Assembly (NCBI GenBank): GCA_000320545.1
Contig: ADNK01000138.1
Location: 1 to 56,688, forward strand
Length of the DNA stretch: 56,688 bases
Direction of reading: 5' to 3'
From: Bigelowiella natans CCMP2755
Taxonomy: Eukaryota; Protista; Cercozoa
The notes under the pieces are model-generated. The model did not search any database. It was not told the origin of the DNA and saw only the letters and a program-made list of their open reading frames with translations. The position numbers were made by a program, and so were the translations under genes. Positions 38,764 to 51,929 of the stretch are shown here, one piece after another; within the stretch, counting starts at the first letter, position 1, and each line of letters begins with the position of its first letter.

Positions 38764-39810
38764 TTGTCTCCGCAAAAGCCGGGGATGTTGTGGTCATTGC
38801 GAAGCTCGCTGTCCAAATGGACCAGGAACGAAGAATGCATCCTCCTCCATCTTCATGCCTTCCAGTGAGGGCAACATCTCCGCAAAAGCTGGGGATGCAC
38901 GTTGTGGCAGGCACGAAGCAGACCATGAAGGTGTGGTCCATGGGATTGTTCTCTTGGGGTTCGCAGGTGTGGTGTTCTTGCTTGGTGATCTCCAAGCACG
39001 AGCAAACCATCACGACAGGATTTGGGGATGCGTGGTCCTGAATTTGGCACTGAAAACAATGAAACTAGGAACGGAGGAGTGGCCACAATGCCATTCTTGA
39101 TTCCTTTTGGTTTCACTGGACAGTCCTCACCAAAGTCAGTTCGAGGCACTGCGTTTCGCACACTGCAAGTGTCTTGTCACGTTTTGGAAGTGCAGTTCTT
39201 CATCATTGTTCATTGTTCATTGTTCCACCTGAACGTGTCCTCCCATGTGGCGAGTGTTGCAACACTGTCATGGCGCCATGCCCAAACTTGGACCTCGTTG
39301 GAACTTGCTCGAGGTGCTGCGTTTCACACTTTGCAAACATCACGACACGTTTTGGAGGTGCAGTCATCATCAAGTTCGTTCTTCTTCGTCATTCCTCCAA
39401 CTTCGTGCCACTCAGCAGGGCCAATGTCTCCGCAAAAGCCGGGGATGTTGTGGTTGGCGTGAAACTCGTGCATCCAAGTGGATCATGAAGGAGTGCTCCA
39501 CAGGATTGTTCGCTTGGGGTTTGAAGGCATGGTGTTCTTGCTTGGTGAACTCCAAAAGTGAGAAAGCCACGAAAGCACAGAGAAGTCGTGGTCCTGAAGT
39601 TGGCAATGGTCAGGCACAAAAGACGATGAAACTGGGAATGGAGGAATGGCTGGAATGCCACTCTTGGTTCCTTTTGGCTTCACCAGTTGGTCCTCACTGA
39701 AGTTGCTTCGAGGCACTGCGTTTCGTGAGAACAATGAGAACAACGATGAAAAACCACACCTTGCATTGCAAGCGTCTTGTCACACTTTGGAAGTGTGGTT
39801 TTCATCATTG
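38764..39810. repeat. Degenerate nested tandem repeats (host of the hAT insertion; a further partial unit at ~37301-37345)
   Basis: tctccgcaaaagc(c/t)ggggatg at ~38767, ~38877 and ~39427; a ~290-bp unit at 38870-39160 versus 39420-39725; a cac..tttgga.gtg sub-unit at ~39178, ~39346 and ~39781. Confidence 0.85.
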
Positions 39811-40962
39811 TTCTCATTGTTCTCACCTCGGTGGACTCCACTCAGTTGCGTTCCGCATCCTCAACTTCTCAGGAGACTTGGTCAATTGGGGAGGTCACGG
39901 ATGAGTCAATGTGACCCGTGACCCACAATCCTTTCAACTGCTCCTGTTGAATCGCTTCACTCATTGTTTCAATCATTCATCGCAGTGACGTGAAACGACG
40001 CGCCACACGCCCCGCACGACACTGAGTGGCAGAATTGAACGCGCCAAGAGCAGCGCAGAGTTTTGCGCAAGCCTGCGGAGGCTCGTTTGTTCGTGTCAGA
40101 GTTCGATTTGAAAGTGACTGGACACAAGCAAGCTTCCGCAACCGAGAAAAAACAGCGAATGAAAAAGTGCAGAGTGGTGCAGCTGTTGCAAAAGCAGTCT
40201 GAGCATTTGTGCTTGAAATCTTGGCCATTCCAGAGTTGTGGACACTTTTGGCCCGATTTGCACGAGCGGAATCGCAGGAATGCTTGTTCGTGCGCTCATC
40301 ATCACAGCATTCTGGCATTCACGAACAAAGCTTGATCACAAAGTTCAGTTTTTGATCGTTTGCTGTCAAGTTGCTCCGTCCGGTGTGTGCACTGAACGAA
40401 CTTCCGATCACAAGCGCGAGCCTTCCTGGGCACTGACGATGTTCTTTTTTCACTTGACAATCAAAAATGATGAAATCCTGTGCAGTCGATCAGCAACGTA
40501 GTCCTGCCACTTGCACTGCTGCTAGCTAGCCACGCTTGGCCAGCTAGCTAGACTGCGTGAGTCGTGATGCACGAGAGGCCGTGCGCGCGCTTCACAGTGC
40601 CGCATGCAAGTGGCGCTGTTTCATGCTGACAACAACACGTGCGACAAAGAAGCGTGGTCCTTTTCCCTCATGAGCATCTGTTGAATGAGACTCCATCTGC
40701 CTGGAATTTTCCCACCGCCCCTCGCTCGTGCACCAATGATCATCATGTTTTGATGCAACCACGATGAGCTGCTGATTGATGTGCGGCATGCGCTGAACAT
40801 TGCATTGTTGCTGAACGCTACGCAATGACATTCCACCATCATCACTTGCATGAGCACTACTTTCTCTACACAGCTAGGAAACCAAAACTAGCGCGGTTCT
40901 GGTCATCCAAGAATGAACGTCTGCGCGAAAAGAAAGCTCGTCAAGTGACGATGATCATCTTG

Positions 40963-41480
40963 TTACACAATGTTGTCATTTGCCCACTCATCGACAGCAC
41001 GTAACTCCTTTTTGTCGATGTATTTTGTGTTTTGTGTGCTAAAATTCTCTTCCCGATCTTCGATCATCAAGTTATCACTCTTGTCATTTTCACCGCTATC
41101 ATATTCATGGTCATCATCAGCATCATCCTCATCCTCATCATCTTCACCACCACTGCCACTGTCATCGTCCCCATCTATCTCATCGTTGCGAAGATATTTC
41201 TGATCATCACCATCATCTTCATCGTCATCATCTTGCTCACTATTTTCTTCGTCTTGATCACGTCCTTCTTCATTGTCATAATCCTGGCTATGAGCCTCTT
41301 TTGAGTCGTCATATTCACCACAATATTCATCACAATTGTCCTCGTCATCATCTTCTTCATCTGAAGCAGTACTGAGGAGCTCCAGAGCAGTCTGTGTTCA
41401 ATCGATGATGCATGGAATCATGATGAGTGAAGGCAGTGGTTTGAACGATGATGAATGAATAAATGAATGACAGACAATAA

Positions 41481-41516
<36 letters not shown>

Positions 41517-41911
41517 TGATACTTTGAACAAACAACTTAAATCATCTCATGACACAACACTCCTCTTTAATATACTTTCTGTTCGTCTGAAGGATCTTCT
41601 AAACCGCGCGGAATGACGAAGTATACAGAGATAATATCCTGACAGGGAGAAGTTGAATGAGCAGTAGGTAGAGTCTTTCGTCAGTCATGTTAGCCAGTAG
41701 CATTATTGGTATTATGCGAAGATGATGATGATGATGACGATGATGATAGGTAGCACGGGTACGTTCAAATATAGTAGCGGAATCAACGGCGATCATATAA
41801 TTTCTCATTATTAGCGTACGCAGTTAGCGGATTTGCAACTGCGAAACAACTGCTAATTTCTATGTAATATATTTGAACAAAATATTTTGAAATTTATCAT
41901 TCTCTTTTTAT

Positions 41912-41951
<40 letters not shown>

Positions 41952-42462
41952 GCACAAGCATGCTGCCTTGATTCCGAACTTTTAATTTTCAGATGTAATA
42001 TCGGCGAGAAAGAGATCAGATTTCGGAAAGGGGTTGGAAGAGGCAAAATTAATTACTACATGTTTTGGCATCACTATTTTATTTCTTCCTTCTTCTTTTT
42101 CTTTTTCTTCTTCTTCTTCGTCGCTTCTTCTACCTTATCTGCGTTAAGAGCATATTGTTTCTCTTGCTGCATAATTTTCAATGCAGCTCCAGGGGTTCTA
42201 ACACGCACATCTTCAACCTATAGTGGTTGTAGTAGCAGCAGTAGTAGTAGTAGTAGTAGTAGTAGCAATACCATCAATAAGCACTCAGCACCGCTATTAC
42301 TTCTAATAGACATCAAAAACACCCACAACAGCAATAACCACCTGCACGATATGCATGCCATCTCTCGCTCCAAACCTCTCAGCGGATCCTACCAACACAT
42401 ATGATGATGATGATGATGATGACGATGATGATGACGATGACGATGATAACACGTATTTTTTC

Positions 42463-42497
<35 letters not shown>

Positions 42498-42810
42498 GCC
42501 GTTCTTGTCTTTTCCTTTTTCTTCTTCAGAATGATTAGTTTTGTTGTAGCATTATAACACATAGAAGAAGAAGAACAGCAAGGGCTGCTACTGTTCTTGT
42601 CCTTGTGTGTCTAACCACATTAATAACTAAACGATCATAATGTTCTTGTGTGTCTAACCACATTAATAACTAAACGATCATAATCAATAACATCCCTCCT
42701 TATTAGACTCCTCCTCCTCAATCGCCACCGCATTATTAGAAGAGGTAAAGGAGGAGGAGGATGCATATGAATTAAAAATAAATACTATTTATGTCTAACA
42801 TCAGCATCGA

Positions 42811-42843
<33 letters not shown>

Positions 42844-43348
42844 CACATACCGTCTGATTTCACATTTCTAATAACATTATCCCTCTCCGAAAGACCAAAT
42901 CCAAACACAAACTTCTTGACGACGTTAGAAGGAGGAGAAGCATAAATATTTGTGCCTGTTTCTCTTCCTCCTTTGCGAAATTCAATCTGAAAGCATGGAA
43001 GGAGATAGTGATGAAGATCATGGTAGGAATAGAATTAATTATATGATGATATACACAATTTATGTCAGTGTTGTGTATGTTGAGTCTCCTTTGTTTGTTC
43101 TCTAATGTTGAGTAATTTGTTGTTGTTGTATGTTGAGTCTCCTTTGTTTGTTCTCTAATGTTGAGTAATTTGTTGTTGTTGTTGTAGTAGTAGTAGTAGT
43201 AGTAGCTAATTGTGCTACCTAATTTCAGCTCTTCCACTAACCCATCCATCCATCCTCTCCCCCCTCACTCTCTAGATTACTTACTACCTTGAAGGCTCCT
43301 AAAGCATTGTAAGACTTGGGACTACGGATACGAAGGAATTCAACCTAG

Positions 43349-43380
<32 letters not shown>

Positions 43381-43652
43381 ATGATGATAATATATAGGTG
43401 GGACAATAATGATAATAATCAATAATAATAATAGGAAATGGTGGTGGTGATTCTTCAGAGATATTGCAGGCAGTAGAGTACGTATCGGCTGCTTGTTGAT
43501 CATGGACAAGAAGACACCAATTATTACTTACTTACTTCCTTATTTACTACAGCAACAACAACAGCTGCTACTACTACCATTACTACTACTACTGCTGCTG
43601 CTACTACTACTACTACTGCGTTGTGTTCTATTACACTTTTCAATAACCATCT

Positions 43653-43683
<31 letters not shown>

Positions 43684-44275
43684 CAGCAATATGCTGCTAT
43701 TACTACCACTACTGCTATCACACAACAACAACAACAACAACTACTACTAATGCTACTACCTCAAAGGTGCGATTTTGCTTCCTTGCTCTTTTCATAGCAC
43801 GTCGCATCTAAAAGCACAAAATATATCTTCAAAATCATTTATAACAGTACTACTAATACCATCGTCTACAGATAAATAACCACCTGGTCAAAGATTGAAT
43901 CGTGGTTGTATAGTTTAGTCCTTTTCCCAGCAACACTCACAATAATATCACCTATAACATCAAATAATACACCATAATATTATGCTTGATATTTGATGAA
44001 GAGTAGTAGTTTCGTAATACCAGATCTTATTCCATTGCTATGAGCTTGACCTCCAGCTGTGACACCATCAACCTAGTAATTGGGATAATCAATTTGTGTG
44101 TCTTGTATATATATTATTATACTTTTATAGTAGTAGCAGTAGTAGTAGTACCCGATGTATGGTAGGTTCTTCAAACAATAAGCTGCAGCATAAAAATGTA
44201 ATATGAGGAGGAGGAGGAGGAGGAGGAGGAGGAGGAGGATCTAAGTGTAAGTTCTAAGCTTAATAATAATAATGA

Positions 44276-44329
<54 letters not shown>

Positions 44330-44827
44330 ACCAGCATGCATGTAGGTATAATACGACAACAACAGTGATGAAGATGATTATTAATTGTTTTTATCGTTGC
44401 TCCTCCTGAATCTTAATCTTGATTGATGAATGACGTTTAGATCATCATCATCACTACGTTGTTGTTGTTGTCATATTATTACTACTATCATTCTTATTTT
44501 TGTTATTATTATTATTATTATTATATTATGATTGTTACTCGTGCTTGTCGTTGCGTAGCATGGATTGAACATTATTTCTTCCTGGTGGCCGTTGACCTGG
44601 CACTGTCCATGTCTCTGTAGTAGTAATAATAATAAATGTAGAGAGCAATTTTATCGTTCGCTTTGGTAATGTTCATGTTGTTGTTTTGGTGGTGAGAGAA
44701 AAAGAGAAAGAGGGAGAGAGAAATGGTAGTCGTGGTAGTAGTAGTGCTGCTGCTCACACATCAATCATAATCATATAAATGCGTGTTATTATAAATGACG
44801 TCTTTCATCTGTCACCTAGAATACAAT

Positions 44828-44858
<31 letters not shown>

Positions 44859-45532
44859 GCAGCAGCAACAACACACCAATTAGCACGTACGCTCTACCTT
44901 CGGGCCAACGCGTGGTGCGAATTAAGGTATGATTCTTCAAAGATATTCCTGAAGGAAAGGGGGCTTATATTGTGAAAAATGATTAGGGCTCATGACGATG
45001 AGGTGGTTGGTAGTATGCTTGATAAAGAGAGAAGACGAAGAAGAACAAGACAAAGACTCTCTTTCTCTGACCATCCTTTGTTTCTGTAGCAGCATGTATA
45101 CGTCGTTGTTGTCGTGGTGATCATTTAAGTGAGTAAGTCTAAGTCTCAACTACCTAACTGATCAGTCCCTGTGAAGTTTATCTATAGTATTGAAGGAGGA
45201 GGAGGAGGAGGGAGAGGAAGAAGGAAGAAGAGGGAAGAACATGAAAACATGATTGATCATAGCAAGTTGTAATATTTAGATTGAGAATCATGAAGGATGT
45301 GATAAATACTTAAATATCAACAACAACATCATCAACAACAACAACAAAAAGAAGAAGACGAAGAAGAAGAAGACGAAGAAGAAGAAGAAGAAGAAGAAGA
45401 TAAAGAAGAGACCAGAAATAAAGATTCTTTGAACGTCGTTTGTGGATGGTGGTAGTAGTGCAAAGGAGGAGACCAAGAAGGAAAATTGACGCAGAAGAGA
45501 AAAGACGATGATGACAACAACAACAAGAACGT

Positions 45533-45565
<33 letters not shown>

Positions 45566-46469
45566 GTGTATTTGAGACCGACGCGCACACACACGCACTC
45601 ACACACACCTTGATAACTTTTGCTGCAAGAAATTCAGGTGGGTTTGTTTCCATGGCATCGTTGAGCTAGACGACGATGATCATGCATGACAATAATAACA
45701 ATAATACCCAAGATGATTGAGCTAGATGACGATGATCATACATAATGATAATAATAATACTACACAAGATGATTAAATAATATATATTTAAACAATGTAG
45801 CATATGGTGTTTGTGAGAAGAGAGCAACCAATGTCCTTACTACTACTACTACACTACTACTACTATTTTTTGTGTACTACTACTACTACCACTACTACTA
45901 CTACCTTTTCTTCCATATCTTTGAATCTATTTGTGAGTGTTTTGAGAGCAATCGTACACTGTCGGAGCAGCCCATGCTTGTGCAGGACGATAAGAACCTA
46001 CCACCGCCATCAGCAGCACCATAAACACGATGATAATAAATTCACCAATCAATCAATGTCTTGCTTCTAGGATGATATCATCATCATCATCATCATCTTC
46101 TCCTTCTTCTATGTGGTGTGCAACTACAACAATAACATCTACTACAACTACTACTGGTAGTGTTCCCCTCCTCCTCCTCCTCCTCCTCCTCCTCCTCCTC
46201 CTTGTGGTACTAGTTAGTGATTCTGACCTTCCGTGCCAGCAACACTTGATGTCGGTACATTAGAGGCGCTAAGTCGTATGCTCTTGAAACCAATTCAGCT
46301 ACTAGTTTCTGTGGAAAGAAGGAAGACAAGTATGATATTAGTAGTAGTAGTAATAATAGTAATAATTATAACAATAGTTAATAATAGTGATGATGATGGT
46401 AAAGTATTATTACGCAAAAGAACCTCCAAATTACTACTACTCCTACTACTATTACTATTTCTGCTGCTG

Positions 46470-46500
<31 letters not shown>

Positions 46501-46780
46501 CTCTTGATCATCCACTAACTGGTTACGAATCCTTTCAGTCCGAAAATCTTCATAACCAGCCTTATGATAGTAGTAGTAGTGCGTAGCATCATCATCATCA
46601 TCATCATCACCATTATTATTATTGTTATATTATATCATCGTCATCATGATCACGATATCATTTGCGAGTAGTACTAGTAGTACAACTACCTCTAATTTAG
46701 CCATACGCCTCAAGGCTAAAAGTACTGTGGTGTGATTCATATTGGATACCGACAGTGTTGCTCCTAGTAGTAGCAGTAGC

Positions 46781-46811
<31 letters not shown>

Positions 46812-46815
46812 AACA

Positions 46816-46850
<35 letters not shown>

Positions 46851-46944
46851 CATACTACTACTATTACTACTACTACCGGAAAGAATAGATGCTGTTAGCT
46901 CCACGCGGTTCTAATAATGTCGTGAAACACACACAGTGATAACA

Positions 46945-46980
<36 letters not shown>

Positions 46981-47420
46981 AAGATCCACTACATATAGTA
47001 TACAGTACACAGTGATGATTGTCTGCTGTTGTTCTTCAAACCAACCGCAAGGACGAACAAGACGAGTACTTCTACTACTACTACTACTAGTAGTAGTAGT
47101 AGTAGTAGTAGAGAATATGTTCTACCTATCTAAATCTATACTATCGATATGTCATATTGCTCTCCTCTCCTCCTCCTCCTTGAAAGTGTGATTGATTGAC
47201 CATCAACATCATCACCTCTGCCAGGTTTATTTGGGTTCTAGCCTGCAGAAGAAGATGAAAGAGAGAATAGATTTAGAAACACCACTCATTCTGATGATTT
47301 TGATGTTTGTATGCTACTAGTCAGCATGATCATCATTTAATTTGTATACTGATAAAACACAAATACTACCCTTTCGTCGGCAACTGTCTTTTTTGCTTGA
47401 TTTAGTGCCTGTATATATAT

Positions 47421-47458
<38 letters not shown>

Positions 47459-47870
47459 CTATTGTGGTCAATCGTAATGATAAGTTACTAGATCACATCA
47501 TCATCAGAGGCAGCGGGAAGTAAGTAGCAAGGAAAGCTGAGTAGCACGCACTCATCTCTTCATAATAATAATAATAATATGTCCAAGTCTAACAACAAGA
47601 AGAAGAAGAAGAGGAAGAAGACTCACTTCAATCTGAATATTCCTTCTCATTCTTGCTCGCTCTTTCTGAGATAAAAGAAGAAACGAGTTTGTCTACTGCA
47701 TACTCAATAATAAAAATAATAATAATAATAATAATACTGTTGCTGTACAAATCCAGGTTGCTGCTTTCATTATTATTCTTATCATGTTTTATTTTCAATA
47801 TAAATGTTGTAATATGTGTAATACAAATTCATCTTAACCCAAGAAATAGATTATATCAGCGCTCATAATT

Positions 47871-47923
<53 letters not shown>

Positions 47924-48018
47924 ATATACATATAATTTGCAGCATAGTTGTCACCTCGCGCTTCTTCTCCTGTAGCTCTTCTTCCTGAGAATATGCATTC
48001 AAACAGTACTTTTTGTTA

Positions 48019-48072
<54 letters not shown>

Positions 48073-49130
48073 TTGTGTGTGTATTGCCTTCAGATAATAG
48101 CTACTTTATCATTAGAAACAACAACAAGAAGAACAACAACATTAAATCATTCTCACATTTATTTTTTGCCGCCTGAGTTGTGTGGCCCACCGATTGCTTT
48201 TTGACATCTGAAGAAGATGACGACGACGAGGAGGAGGAGGACCATTCAATTATAATAGAAAACCAATGACAAAATTCGAACAATATTCATTAGACCACTG
48301 AACAACTACCATCCTACACACCTTTTTTTGTTTGAACAAGTTTGATTGCTGATGAGCAGTTGGAGGCTGTCCTGGACGCTTATTCCTACCTATGTGCTAG
48401 ATCACGATAAAATGATAATATTAATAAAAACTAGAGGAATAATGATGATGATAAATAATTGCGTACACATATAAATAATAACACACCGATAGCAGTCTGC
48501 CAGCATTTTAATTAAACATGATGATGGCGACGATTGATTCATTGATTGATTGATTTTGCAATGACGTCTCAAAAATCATATTTGTTATTAATAATCATCT
48601 GTCATTGTCGTATATACTATCAATGCTGCATAACAACGAATCTAGCATTATTATTATTATCATTATTACCACAAGGTCATCGATGTAGTCTCTGTTGCTG
48701 CTGGCCTCCTCAGTTCTGCTTTTGGTGAGGACATTTCTTGTGGATGATATTCCCTTCCCTCCATTTCTAATTATTTCCAAGAGATTTTAAGGGTGGTTTT
48801 GGCACATCAATGATATGAATAGTAGTTATTACTTTTGTCTTCGCTGAAGGTTAAGATTTCCTTTTCTTCTTCTCATTCTTTTAAGCCAGGTGGTCTCTGA
48901 TGATGCTGACTTATCTTGCGACATAATGATCAAACTTGACTGGAATAGTATAAGACTGGTCAGTAGTATTGCTGTTGGCCATCTCCATCGTAATGATGAC
49001 TTTGCTCTTTGGTGGTGTACTACTACTGCCCACTGATGGCAACGAATTTTCCTTTTGAAAATGCCGATGCTGCTGCTGCGGCATTTATCCTCGCAGTTCC
49101 TCCTCATCCTCCTTCTCGCCGTACTTCTAA
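40963..49130 (-). CDS. Multi-exon protein with two PDZ-like domains and an Asp/Glu-rich C-terminal tail
   Basis: Spliced IHRVDGVTAGGQAHSNGIRSGDIIVSVAGK...NHDSIFDQMRRA and FGFGLSERDNVIRNVKSDGSAERFGARDGMHIVQVEDVRV match the PDZ pattern. Coiled-coil-like EEELQEKKREKERARMRR. Last exon ~40963-41390 is D/E-rich and ends in TAA. 5' end uncertain. Confidence 0.7.
42602..43182. repeat. Two exact intronic tandem duplications (~43 bp at 42602-42684; ~52 bp at 43074-43180)
   Basis: cttgtgtgtctaaccacattaataactaaacgatcataat x2; tgtatgttgagtctcctttgtttgttctctaatgttgagtaatttgttgttgt x2. Confidence 0.85.
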
Positions 49131-49240
49131 AAGTGATAGTAACAGTAACAATAGTAGTGGGGATGGTAGCAACACCAAACAATCCGAATATGAATTATGT
49201 GTGCATACAAGTACACACACACACACACACACACGTTATC

Positions 49241-49301
<61 letters not shown>

Positions 49302-49478
49302 TGTGTGCGTATTAGTCCGTGACACCATGAGCAGTAGTTTGATTATTACCAATCGCTAACAATGTTCCTTATTCTGCACCAGATCCATCTACCACCAACG
49401 ATCAAATCTGTTAGCTGTTGCGTATTATGAGTGCTATGGCTGATTACAGTCGAGTAGTTGACTTCTTTTATCACTCTA

Positions 49479-50256
49479 ATGCCTCCCCTCAACGAAGAAG
49501 GCGAATCTCATTTTCCGTATTATTATTTGAACTAGGAAGACGGTAGCAGCTTTTAGTAGATAAGGGAGCTCATAGATACTGACAGTATTGATTCTACAGA
49601 AATAGTCCCCCTCCCCCTCCTGTTCATCGTCATCATCGCTGTTAATTGGATATCGGGTGCTAGTTATCAAGAAGATAAGTCTTAATTCTTGCATTCACCG
49701 TGGCGAAGATTGGTGTCGCACTCAAATAAACGCAAACTTATGCTGCAAGTATTACTGTTTATTTGTTGTCGCTATCGATAAATGCAGGGGGATTAAACAG
49801 ATACAGTGTCAGTCGACGTCGACTCCCTCCCCCCTGCCCCCTCGAATCTCCTCCTCCAACACATAATAATAGGAATGATGATGATAGCCCAGAGGCACAT
49901 CATTGTTTTACTATGCATGATATGCACATTTGTGTGCTATTGTGACCGAGTGATCATCAGCATAGCAGGTGATTGATGGTACTGCTAAAGATTCTCCTTA
50001 TTTTAGACAACAATGCATCAACAGTACTAGTCTCCTGAAATTATGATCATCATTAGTAATCCACATGGCACGCGATTTCAATTGGGATCTACTTCTTCAA
50101 GGGCAGGTTCTTGGTGCCTTCTTCTATGGGTACTACTACGACTACTACTACTACTACTACCACGAAATACTGTTCAGTGTTATTCTTGTTCTAAAAGCAT
50201 GCAATATCACTGCTACGATCATCTTCATAGCAACATGATCATCGCTACTACTACTT

Positions 50257-50292
<36 letters not shown>

Positions 50293-50663
50293 TTGCTACT
50301 AATCAACACAGGTATGTTCTCTCCCAGGTAGCTGGTGCATACTTAGCCCAGCTCTATGGAGGGAAAATTGTCCTGAATTGCGCTGTCGCAGGATGGTCAT
50401 TACTTACTGTTGCAACGCCTGTGCTCGCCAAATACTCTCTTACAGCTCTCATAATAGGACGAATTCTTTTGGGATTTAGGTCGTAGTAGTAGTAGTAGTA
50501 GTAGTAGTAGAAGAAGAAGAAGAAGAAGAAGTGGTAGTATATCGATCTCATCATCATTTGTAGCAGCTTCTTTCTTCTGGCTTACTCCTCCTCCTCCTCC
50601 CTCCCCCTCCTCCTCCTCCTCCTCCTCCTCCTCCTCCTCCTCCTCCTCCTCCTCCTCCTCCTC

Positions 50664-50699
<36 letters not shown>

Positions 50700-50968
50700 G
50701 TGAGGGCATGGCTTTCCCAGTGATATATCATTTGTTCTCCGGGTGTGTCACTATTAAAAGACTAAAATGCAGCACAACAATAAGATAGGTGGTGGTGCCT
50801 AAATCATATTATTCAATCTACTACCTACTAAAATGCACAACAACAACAAGCAGATGGGTGCCTAAATCGGAGTCTTCTAGATCTATCGTATCCCTTAATG
50901 TAGGAACATGTGGAGGGACTGTCCTTGCATTCGTTGCTAGCCCGTGGTATTACTATGCATCAGCATGT

Positions 50969-51003
<35 letters not shown>

Positions 51004-51796
51004 AATGATTCTTCCGTGTGAAACAGGCGACATTACTGCTAACGTTGCTATTGTTCTAAGCTATAATATAACGATTCATTATTGCGCGTTGTTAGTGCTG
51101 ATTGTTACCTTGCTAGGCTGGTCGAGTACAGTGGTTGGGAGTCAGTATTCTATGTCTTCGGATGGGGGGGGATAGTATGGTGCTTGGCTTGGCATTTCAT
51201 GGGGGCAGACAAACACAAACCGTAACAAAATAATAATAATAATGATAATAATTATAATAATAATAACAACAGCAACAGCAACACTCAAGAAAATAATACC
51301 ACGAAAAGATCATTTGAATTAGCATCATCATCATCATCGAAGTGCTAATGATGCTAATGATGCTACTCCTCGCTGAAGATAGTAGTAGCTTTCCAAGTAG
51401 TATCTATTATTTTTTGTTATTGTTGTTATATTGATTATATTATTGAGGTAACTTGCTTATGCTCACAGGTCTCCCAAACAAACGCTCAATGTACAACTGT
51501 TAGCAGAACTACTTAGGCCCTCTCCGCTATATGCTATATACTTCTGTCATTTCAGTTGGAACGTGTGCTTGTATATATGCGTGATGTGGCTACCTACCTA
51601 CTTGGAGAATCAGTACAATCTCAACAGCAAACAAAGTACTACTACTACGACTACTACTACTAATAATAATAATATTAATAATAATACACACAGGATGATA
51701 GTAACAAGTAGTGTATATTAGGGTAGGTCAATCATAACAGAGAGAATGATAATGATAACTAGTAGCAGAAGAAGTAGATATGAAACAATCTTAGGG

Positions 51797-51828
<32 letters not shown>

Positions 51829-51929
51829 GCTGCTGCTGCTTGATTCGTTTATTGTTTGTTGTTGTTGTTGCTGTTGTTGTTGTTAAGCTTGGATCAACGC
51901 ACTGCCCTACCTTGTCATGGCACCTTCAG

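Larger units (their letters stand above)
37076..40498. other. Near TpA-free block (hypermutated repeat/transposon DNA); depletion fades out to ~36950 and ~40860
   Basis: Manual scan found TA only at 37389 (GTAT) and in CTAG at 37557, 38397 and 39065. ORFs in all six frames lack Tyr. Confidence 0.95.

Noticed and set aside
38764-39810. CRISPR-like array
   Set aside because: Units are irregular and degenerate, the inter-repeat segments are homologous to one another, the context is eukaryotic, and no cas genes are present.
37076-40498. Explanation by fungal-type RIP or by CpG deamination alone
   Set aside because: RIP increases TpA. CpG decay depletes CG, which remains abundant here, and does not remove TA.
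36868-40857. Dense overlapping ORFs in six frames (including 314 aa at 38069-39013) as real genes
   Set aside because: Loss of TpA removes TAA and most TAG stops, which inflates ORF length. The ORFs lack Tyr and cross the transposon boundary.
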